In this document: piece after piece, positions 53,535 through 64,000 of the stretch
How positions within the stretch are numbered: position 1 is the first letter of the stretch
Layout of the letters: every line of letters starts with the position of its first letter
Assembly (NCBI GenBank): GCA_964016885.1
Contig: OZ024743.1
Coordinates: 82,522,001-82,586,000 of the forward strand
Direction: 5' to 3'
DNA length: 64,000 nucleotides
Origin: Eledone cirrhosa
Taxonomy: Eukaryota
The notes under the pieces: model-generated
Databases searched by the model: none
Told to the model about the DNA's origin: nothing
Seen by the model: the letters and a program-made list of their open reading frames with translations, nothing else
Program-made: the position numbers and the translations under genes

Positions 53535-53728
53535 TAGGAAAAGGTATGACCCCGACGGCAGAGCTCAAGCCGTTTCGACGGGTATTTCTAGAGTCCAGCA
53601 ATAGCCGTCGAAGCGGCTTGAGCTCTGCCGTCGGGGACATACTTTTTCCTATTTCCCACTCTACTACCCTAAGTATTGAGTACTCTGGTGCGTTATGGTC
53701 CATCTGGTTCCTTAGCGCAATTCCTTTG

Positions 53729-53731
<3 letters not shown>
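53535..53731 (+). mobile_element. PLE-type family X fold-back module
   Basis: Same architecture and endpoints as 23880-24075. Confidence 0.82.
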
Positions 53732-53815
<84 letters not shown>

Positions 53816-53874
53816 AGATAAAGGAAACAGAGTGCTCTATGCTATATACAGAGCTGGAATATTATAGTATATTG

Positions 53875-53967
53875 ATCTTCAACACAGTTTCGTTGCTACC
53901 ATTAGTTTCCAATCTAGCCAAAAGTAGGATTGGAAACTAGTTGTAGCAACGAAACTATGTTGAAGAT
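53875..53967. repeat. Imperfect 40-bp-arm inverted repeat containing GAAACTAGTT
   Basis: Arms 53875-53914 and 53928-53967. Confidence 0.8.
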
Positions 53968-54292
53968 ATGATTGTACTCAAGCTTGATCATTTTTATCAG
54001 GGATTTTCCATTTATGGTTAGTTTGAAACATCAGCATTCCTAAACTTATAAATCTATTAACGTTCTCTCGAAGAACAGCCGCAGAGTGAACAATAGATCG
54101 ACTGTTCTGTGTCCGGAGCAGAAAGCACACAGTTCTAGTTCAGCTAGCTTGATCCTAGATAATATCCCTACATTGCTTTGCCGGTCACTTAGCACGGAGG
54201 AGGCTTAACTAGGGGATACTTTTATAATTAGAGCAGCCGGACTTTCACCTGTCCCCTTTTTGAAAATTAAGATTATAACACCCAGTTGCCAT

Positions 54293-54418
54293 TGCTATGG
54301 TGCTTTTCCAGAGATCCAGGCCATCCGGCGCAATTGTTATGGTGCTTTTCCAGAGATCCAGGCCACCCGGCGCAATTGCCATGGTTTTTTTCCAGAGATC
54401 CAGGCCACCCGGCGCATA
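54293..54418. repeat. 42-bp GC-rich unit x3
   Basis: atggtgcttttccagagatccaggccacccggcgca. Confidence 0.9.
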
Positions 54419-54719
54419 CGCCTCAGCCAGTGCATTCCTTCTCTATTTACTGGCCGAAAAAATACGATCACGAATACAAGGTAATGTTACTCGAGAGAAA
54501 ATAAATCAATTGGAGATCGTTGCTTCTGATAGGACACCCTGGAAGGTGTGTCTCAGGGACTTTGGCCCTACGACCCTCGCAAGAATAAGTGGGCGAAGAT
54601 GAAGGGCTTTCTTTGTTTTGTTTTTGCATCTTTTAGCAGTCGATGAAATAGGTACAAGTGACATATAGTACATATTTAATTTATCCACGCTGCAATCAGC
54701 GTCACCCCGCCATTACCTT

Positions 54720-55167
54720 TGCTACAGCCACCACCACCACCACCACAGCCAACACCACCACCGCCACAGCCAACACTACCACCACAGCCAACACCGCCAC
54801 CACCACCACAGCCACCAACACCACCTCTACCACCAGAGCCACAGCCACCACTACCATCAAAACACACACCACCACCAACACCACTACCGACACCACCACC
54901 AACACCACTACCGACACCACCACCACCACCACCACTACCACCGACAACAACACCACCACCAGAGCCACAGCCACCACCACCATCAAAACACCCACCACCA
55001 TCACCACCACCACCAACACCACTACCGACACCACCACCTCCACCGCCACCACTACCACCAACAACACCACCACTACCGGCACCACCACCACTTACCACTA
55101 ACAACACCACCACCACCACTACCGACACTACAACCACCACCACCACTACCACTACCACCACCACTCC
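54720..55167. repeat. Degenerate (ACC)n array
   Basis: Direct reading. Confidence 0.9.
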
Positions 55168-55341
55168 ATAAGAAAATACCTTGTCTGGTGTCCCAGTCAA
55201 AACAACTGTCTCCCACTTTTGATTTACCCCCCCCCCCTCCCTGTATATACGATGTTGTCTACAAACACAACCATTAGCCAACCAAGTAAACATACCTGAC
55301 TCCTCCTAAAATACACGTACACTACACAGTAGAAAAACAAT

Positions 55342-55439
<98 letters not shown>

Positions 55440-55642
55440 TAAACAAAATACTGTATAGATTTAATTCAATTTTTTTACCTCAACTAACAATTGCCAACGA
55501 GCAAGCTGCCATTAAATATTTCTTAAAAGCCCTCCGTTTAAAAATACCGTTATATGTGTGTGTTTGTGTGTGTGTGTGTTTATATATGTATATATGTATA
55601 TATATATTATATTATACATATATAATGTATATATATATATGT

Positions 55643-55722
<80 letters not shown>

Positions 55723-55808
55723 AGTATATGTTGGTTGTATACCACCACCTCAGTATGCAGGCTTGGAACACTCGACGAAGTGCGCATGTTGGTTTGGTGA
55801 CTCCGGAG

Positions 55809-55865
<57 letters not shown>

Positions 55866-56480
55866 TCAATCTTAACGTTCTGATTAGTCCCAGTGACGTA
55901 TTACGTTTAAAAGCGTCCATATATTATGTCACGTGATGTTTTGTTTTTTGGGTTTTTTTTACGGAGTTTAAAAATGTAACATGTTTGTGACATAATAGTG
56001 GGTGATTAAAGAAGAGAGATAAAATTATATATATTTAACAAAAAAATCAAACAAATAAAAAGGCGATGTCGTTTTCTCCCACCCGTAGAGTCGGCATGGA
56101 GATCAGAAGAAAATATTATTTTTAGTAAGGGTAAAAAATGAAAATAAAATGAATAAGTATAACTGCACACAAAGTATTTGAAAGGAAAATATCTCCTGCA
56201 ATACTGAACCTAAATTTTACACTTATTTTCGGCTTTTACAGCTATTGTCATAGACATTACTGTTAAAGCTGTTATGGTAGTTATGATGGTAACCTTGTGT
56301 ATCTGTTGTTGTTGTGCTTGTTGTAGTTGATAATGTTGTAATAATAGTTGCTGTCGTCTTTATTTTACAATGCCAGTTTCTCTACTTTTCTGTTTAAAGC
56401 GATTTAAGATGATTTTTTTTCTTCTTCTTCCTTGCCCTTTTAAATCTTTTAGTTGCTTACTTAACACACACTTATACACG

Positions 56481-56545
<65 letters not shown>

Positions 56546-56548
56546 TAG

Positions 56549-56597
<49 letters not shown>

Positions 56598-56741
56598 AAT
56601 ATTATATATATACAAATATAATATATATATATATATGTATATATATAAACAAATATAATATATAAATACGTATATATATATATATATATATATAAGTATG
56701 TATACGTACATATATATATGTACGTATGGGTTTACCGAACA

Positions 56742-57595
56742 TCTATATATTAATTTCAAGGATGTCAGTATTCCGTGTGTCATAATTCTCGATTATCATT
56801 GGTTCATAGGTTTCAAACGACTCCGCCCACCTCAACGACGCCAAACTTAAATTAATATGCATAATGCCAATGAGAGAGTGAGAGGGGAGAGTAAGAAACA
56901 GAGAGGCAAAGTGAACGCTGTCACTATTACCATGTGTGCGTGTGTATGTACGTGCGCGTATGTTTATGTGTGTGCGTGCGTGCAGCGTTCCACAGAAAGT
57001 AAAATCAATTCGACTTTATCAAACAGTGAACTACAGTGGCGACGGCGTGCAGCCAGGAATGAAGAAAAACGGGCCGAACAGCGCCATCGGGACGCCGAAC
57101 TTCAGAGGCGAAGACGTGTCGCCATGAATGAAGAGGAGCTGGCTGAACAAGCCAACGAAACACTGGAGACAAGCAGCGAAGGCGTGCTGCGATGGTTGAA
57201 GACGAACTGGCTGAGCATCATCTTTTATATTAATTATATATATCTATATCTACATATAATATAAAAGATTGGAACTTCCATCATCCTTTTGAGAAACGTG
57301 GAACAACCACGTCTATGCAATGATATACGTTTTACAGTCAGGCAGAAGATGAACCATCTCCTAGAGGTCACTATTCTAGGTGGGAGCACCTAGAATTGTT
57401 CATATACTATGCACAAACGGTACAACGAAGAATCTGGTATATCTGGAAGATTTTTTTTACTGTTTTTTGTATCACACAGACACCACGGACTCGCCTCATA
57501 CTGTAACCAGACAAACATCCAATACAGTCATTTTATCTTTTACCTCTCTTCTCTTATCATCTGTTTACCCGGGCGAAGCTGGGTACGTCAGCTAG
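56742..57595 (+). mobile_element. Internally deleted Helitron with Rep/helicase remnants
   Basis: A|TC start, hairpin acccgggcgaagctgggt, CTAG|T end; KIGTSIILLRNVEQPRLCNDIRFTVRQKMNHLLEVTILGG (57265-57390, Pif1 2B-like), VGAPRIVHILCTNGTTKNLVYLE (helicase C-terminus) and Arg/Glu-rich repeats (57025-57170). Confidence 0.88.
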
Positions 57596-57995
57596 TTTAT
57601 TATAATTTCGGTTTGTTTGTAAACAAACAGCCCGAATTATTAGCCGTACAGTGTTCGGCAACCATCATTGCCCTTTTGTTCAAAACTGACAAAGGAACGA
57701 TGAACTAGTTTCTAGCTTATTAGCTGTCATCAGCACCGTATACCTTCCTGTCAGTCGATTGAACGTTTGAAAGTATATACTTTCCTTATGCATATTAACG
57801 GCTGAGCAACCTAATTTGCATATCGAGTGAGTTAGTCGGCCGGGCGTACCGAAAACGATAAATGGAAAAAATGAAATTTCATTTCTCACTCTTAGTACGG
57901 CTGATACTTAAATATAAGTATGTATACGTACATACATATATGTATACATGCACACATATATATATGTACGTATGGGTTTACCGAACATTTATTAT

Positions 57996-58148
57996 AGAGG
58001 TCAGAGAATGTGTGACGAAAGAACTTTGACAATATATGGACAACAATCCGGTTGTGGAACCAACCAACCAACCAGAAATTTATAATAAATTGAACTGAAA
58101 GCAATTGGTGCGTGTGTTTCGTATTACAACATGACCCTCCCAAAGTAT

Positions 58149-58156
<8 letters not shown>
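57996..58156 (+). mobile_element. PLE-type terminus (family V), truncated inside the hammerhead core
   Basis: gaggtcagagaatgtgtgac-GAAA-gaac-tt-tgac; homologous to 40849-41010; 3' tip also at 24108-24138. Confidence 0.7.
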
Positions 58157-58199
<43 letters not shown>

Positions 58200-58369
58200 G
58201 GCTGACTAAATATTTTTCTGAAAACAAAATTTTGTCCATATATATATATTAAGAACGATGAAGTTTCGTTTACATGTAAGAGGATTGGCTCATGTTCACC
58301 CATAGAAGTTATGGACCTGATTCCATTATCGATCTGCTCTTCAGACAGGTGATCTGACACAAAATATAA

Positions 58370-58481
58370 TATAAAGTTCGCCTTGGTGGAATTTGAACTC
58401 AGAACATAAAGGTATATAACTAAATACCGCAAGGCTTTTTGTCCGACGCTCTTACAATTCAAGCAGTCCACGGATCTTACT

Positions 58482-58560
<79 letters not shown>

Positions 58561-58780
58561 TAGTAGTAGTTATTTCTAACCATTAGCACAAGGTCAGCCA
58601 TTTTAGGGAATGGAACGTCGATTATATCGACCCCAGTACTGAACTGATACTTTATTTCATGAACCTAAGAAGGATGAGAGGCAAAGTTAAGTTCAGGGAG
58701 ATGCGAACCCACAAAGTAGATGGTTGGAACGAATTGGTGAACTGGATTTCATCCGACACACTAACAATTCCATCAGTTCT
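58370..58780 (-). mobile_element. Two old Meta-domain SINE fragments separated by (TAG)/(CAG)n
   Basis: gaatttgaactcagaac B-box (reverse complement); tcgaccccagtac...aaggatgagaggcaaagt. Confidence 0.65.
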
Positions 58781-59022
58781 GATTGTTTAGAATTAAGTGG
58801 AAGCCATATTGGATCAATACTTCATACTTTTCAGGTTGAAAAAAATATGCAAAGGAGGGAGTTTATTATTCCAGTCCAAATATAATTAAATGGATAAATA
58901 AATAAATACGTTTTGGTGAGTTCCTAGGTAATCAGTAAATGACTTGAGACTGCATACCTAGCTCTTTTTTATTGTCGTTATATATATATATATATATATA
59001 TATGTAAGTGTGTGTGTGTGTA

Positions 59023-59168
<146 letters not shown>

Positions 59169-59287
59169 TGCACACATGCACAAAGACATATATAGGCCAA
59201 TGTTATAAAATAATCATGGTGACGTCGTCAGGTTGTTACAATATCTGTTCTTCATTTTATTTTTTATTTTATTTCTTCTTGTTGATG

Positions 59288-59320
<33 letters not shown>

Positions 59321-59852
59321 TCGTTAGGTTGGGATCTCCTTGCCTTCTTCACCTAGCAAAAAATCAAAACAAAAACCCCCAAAAGAAACTATATTTGTTA
59401 GGACGATGTCTGGAGTAAAGATATGATTAACAGGATTAAGTGAATGAAAGAAGAAGAAGAAGAAGTAGAAGAAGAAGAAGGTGGTGGTGGTGGTGGTGGT
59501 GATGGTGATGGTGGTGGTGATGGTGATGGTGATGATGATGAAAGGGGAAAAAAAGAGTATTTCTTCTCCATTTGAAAGAAAACAAACACAGCATTAGAGT
59601 GGAAAAGAATGAAGTAAGAAAGAAAAAAGAATGTGGAGTAAATAAAGAAGACGAGAGTTAGAATATTAGAAAGATAGGGAGAGGTAGAGGGGGGGCTAGA
59701 TGACGGATGAAAAGAATAATGGAACATATGGAATAGAATAGAATAAAGGAACGACTCAATAATAAGAGAGCATGAGATAATACGGGGGTAGGGGAATACA
59801 TAGAGAGATGGAGAACTAGATAGACAGAGGTATATGTATAGAGATACAAAGG

Positions 59853-59917
<65 letters not shown>

Positions 59918-60110
59918 GAATGAATTAAAAAGCGAAAGAATGAAGTATGAGGAGGAGGCGACGGAAAAGGTGAAGGTGTAGAGGGAGTATCAATAATAAT
60001 AATGTTGTGGAGGATATAGTGGAAGAATTTCAGATGAAATAAAAAAGACGAAACAAATGTAAATACAAAATTGTTAGAGGTTGGTGGGGGGAGGGCTAGA
60101 AGTCAAAACA

Positions 60111-60165
<55 letters not shown>

Positions 60166-60713
60166 TATATATATATATATATATAATAGGCATGTACACA
60201 TTTATGTGTATGTGGGTTGGGGGTAAACCAAGTTCTTGCGGAAACAACTAGATGACGAGTAAGGGTTTGTTTTGTTTGTTGTTTTTTTAACGTCGTTGGC
60301 TGATATTTAGTGATGGGTTGGGTGATACACACACAGACACACACATACACACACATATATATACATACATATGTATATATAATGATTGTTGTAGAAATGG
60401 TTAAGGGTTTATGTACCATGTTTGTTTCTACCTTGAGTAGGGGCAGAAAGCACTCAAAATATTCGCTCCAGTTTGTAAAAAGGAGAGGAAATAAATAAAC
60501 AAAATAAACCAAATTGTAGAAAATCCGAAAATAATGCTATCAATAAACGAACATATGGCAATTTATCTCCTCTCTCCCTCTCTCTCTTTATATATATATA
60601 TTATTCCCCTCCCCTTATTTTTTTACTGTAAGAAGGCAACGGTAAGTCAATGTCCATCGCCCCCTTTTCATGAGGCCTGTACAGAGTGGTGGGAGGAAGA
60701 TATACCATGCCAT

Positions 60714-60809
60714 GGAACCTTAACTAGGTGATATCCTAGCATGCAATATGTCTTGGATATTTAAATCTTGACGTTAGAAATCCTGATTTCATCCAGGGTA
60801 AAATATATA

Positions 60810-60885
<76 letters not shown>

Positions 60886-60964
60886 ATCTTTGTTTACTTT
60901 CTAACGTAAATATTTAAATATCCAAGACATATTGTATGCTAGGATATCACCTAATTAAGGTTCC
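60714..60964. repeat. 67-bp inverted repeats enclosing a (TA)n tract
   Basis: Arms 60714-60780 and 60898-60964 with a few mismatches. Confidence 0.88.
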
Positions 60965-61099
60965 TTATATTCTTACCCACAAGAAGTCGTCTTCCTCACT
61001 GATTAACGTATGTATGCACTCTAACCAGTTGGCTTTGAATTTTAATAATACAATCTTAGCTGATTATTAAGTGAGTGGGAAAATGACCGAAGCTGTGTC

Positions 61100-61156
<57 letters not shown>

Positions 61157-61180
61157 GTATGTGTGTATATATATATGTAA

Positions 61181-61224
<44 letters not shown>

Positions 61225-61359
61225 TGTGTGTGTGTCGGGTTCAATCGGGGCTAACCACAGTTAGTGAGGTACTCAATATATTAGTAGAATGTAAATATCA
61301 AGTTTAATATACAAATGGCTTCTCCAGGACAAGAACACTTTTCATTAAAAAGAAATCAT

Positions 61360-61405
<46 letters not shown>

Positions 61406-61562
61406 TACATATATATATATATATACACACACACACATATATATACATATATATATACACACACACATATATATATACATACATATATATATACACACAC
61501 ACATATATATATACATACATATACATATACATACATATACATATATATATATAAATATATAT

Positions 61563-62023
61563 ATATATTGAAAGAAGAACAAGGACGATTGGTTACTCCT
61601 TCATTACATTTATTGGTAGGTGACGCGCGTTTCGCCACTGACCAGCTCAAGGTTCGATCTGTATCGATCTTACCCGACTCTATAATCGGCAGCTCGTCGG
61701 ACCCTTTAAAATACTAGTAGAAAATGAATACATGCTATATGGACTTTACCATATACCATTTTCTACTAGCATTTTAAAGGGTCCGACGAGCTGCCGATTA
61801 TAGAGTAGGGTAAGATCGATACAGATCGAACCTTGAGCTGGTCAGTGGCGAAACGCGCGTCACCTACCAATAAATGTAATGAAGGAGTAACCAATCGTCC
61901 TTGTTATCTTTTCAATATATTACACTCTGTATAGCTCTACAGCCACCTCAACACAGAAGTGAACCTAAACATCGAGTGCTCACCCGGGTGAACCTGCAGT
62001 AACTCCAAGTTACACTCCCTAGA
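61563..62023 (+). mobile_element. PLE-type module: 164-bp inverted repeat with a hammerhead in each arm plus tail, in (TA)n
   Basis: Arms 61563-61726 and 61757-61920; gggt-CCGACGA...GAAAC-GCGC-GTC-acct at 61779-61865. Confidence 0.82.
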
Positions 62024-62454
62024 TATATATATATATTTAAACCCACAGGCCTAGAAGGGGATGGCATCTGTGGAATGTGCCACAGGGATGGACTGAACCT
62101 GAAACTAAATGGTTACGAAATGAACTCCTTAACCATACAACCAATAATAGTTTAAACTGGGAACTGGAGATGTCATTGGTGTTTAAATAAACCGAGAGAG
62201 AGGGGGTGGGGAAGTGGGGAGAGGGGGTGGGGAAGTGGGGAGAGGGGGTGGGGCGGTGGGGAGAGGAGAGTGGTAAGAGGAGGAAGAGAAAATATCAATG
62301 TGTTACTGACCTAGATGGGGAATATTAGTGGGAGGGGGAGAGAGACAATATGACATAACATTGACATTTTAACGCGAATACACTCATATGCGTGTGTGTA
62401 TTCACGTTAAAAGCTGATATATATACATAATCACCTTTCCTAAAGCAATCATAC

Positions 62455-62610
<156 letters not shown>

Positions 62611-63320
62611 AATGCTCACACATACACCTTTATATATATGCATTTCCTAAAGCAATAATACTTTGTGCGCGTGTGTCTGTGTTTTTGTGTGTGTGTGTGT
62701 GTGTGTGTCTGTGTGAGTGTGTAAAGTAGGTATCGCGACGAAGTTATGCCAAATTGAATGAGAAACAGATTTCGTTCAACAATAAATAGAAAAATTATAA
62801 AAGGTTGGAGTACAACAAAGATTATGTCAACAACAATAACAACAATGAAGATAATAATAATAATAATAATAATAGCACCAACAACAATGCCCATAAAAAA
62901 CAATATCATTCAATAACAAGAACAACAATAACAACATCAACAACGTCACTAAGGACAATAAAAACATCAATAACAACAACACAAGGTATATAAAAGTCAT
63001 GTATACAAACAATTTGAAAGAAGGAACAGACACTAAAATATATATAAAAATTATGGTGCATAAAAACGATATATATACGTACATATATAAAATATGGTGT
63101 CATTAACGGTGTCCAAAGAGGAATGTTAAAAAAGATGCTGTTTGATTGATGGATTGGAGAGAAAAAGAAAAAGAATGATTTGACATAAGTGAGTGTATGA
63201 GGAGGTCGAAATCTCTGTAATCCAAAACCAGTTGGCAGCTGATGAAGGAGTATCGATGGTTCGTTTCATTATTGCTCTGATTGTTTCGACTTGGATTGAA
63301 TAGACACTGATATATATATA

Positions 63321-63490
63321 TATCGACTTTCGTTAAATCGGACCGAGGAAACAATGTTTCCATGGGTATTTCTAATTGCTAATACTCTCTATCGGTTGCA
63401 ACTCTAGGTAGAAGGAGCAACGTTAAATAAAGTGTATTTCCCAAAGACATAACGCATCGCCCAGACTTGGAATCGAACTCACAATCTCAC
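63321..63490 (-). mobile_element. CORE-type SINE, same subfamily as 45225-45432
   Basis: atcgactttcgt(c/t)aaatcggaccgagg...gtagaaggagcaacgt..aataaagtgt shared. Confidence 0.8.
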
Positions 63491-63536
63491 TCGCAACATT
63501 ACCATTTTGAATTCAACGTTCACCTATATATGTATA

Positions 63537-63567
<31 letters not shown>

Positions 63568-63683
63568 TATATACGTGTGTGTGTGTGTGCGTGTATGTAA
63601 AAGGTAAACAGAAATAACAACACAATCGGTACAGTATATGGAAGGTATATATTAGGTTAACGCTTGATATAGCAGGAAGAGGG

Positions 63684-63716
63684 TTTAACGTTTCGGACGC
63701 TAGTCCTTCATCAGAA
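63684..63716 (-). ncRNA. Minimal hammerhead ribozyme core (family Z)
   Basis: CTGATGA-A-GGAC-TAGC-GTCC-GAAAC-GTT-aa; perfect stem II, palindromic AACGTT, weak stem I; tail runs to about 63598. Confidence 0.72.
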
Positions 63717-64000
63717 GAAAGAATGAGAAATAAAATAAAGGGGACGGGCGGGATGGAATTGGAAAAAATATATACATATGTATATAAATTTCGTATTTTG
63801 AAAGAAATACGATTTTAGGAAGCCGTAGCTATGCGAACACCGGGGGGGGGGGGTGCTAACGCCCTCTGAAAAAAGTTATTGGGACACGTAGAATAAGGTG
63901 AAGCGAGCGAGACATGTAAACAAACAGAGATGGTAATGCAACTGAAAGAGAGGAAGAGAGGAAACAAGTCCGTGATATCTATGAACTTAAGTTCGATGAA

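Overview
Eukaryotic, AT-rich, microsatellite-saturated non-coding DNA. The tRNA-derived CORE-type and Meta-type SINE families and the (TA)n/(CA)n/(ACC)n load strongly suggest an octopus (coleoid cephalopod) genome; this is recognition from memory, not a database result. No host protein-coding gene can be called with confidence, and nearly all listed ORFs are translations of simple repeats. Recognisable coding remnants are all transposon-derived: a Penelope-like (PLE) GIY-YIG endonuclease C-terminus (45490-45696), CR1/L2-like and RTE-like LINE C-termini, and a Helitron Pif1 helicase fragment. The main hidden structure is a dense population of short modules inserted in (TA)n tracts. They carry minimal type-I hammerhead-ribozyme motifs (CTGAnGA...GAAA plus a palindromic stem III), often occur as fold-back palindromes that turn at ribozyme stem/loop II, and often carry a shared GTATTGAGT(A/T)C motif. 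One of these families lies downstream of the PLE endonuclease remnant. Also present: two Helitrons (one with its empty site visible in the window), a TTAA MITE, a 3.5-kb 44/48-bp minisatellite, a 421-bp triplication and a few weak exon candidates.
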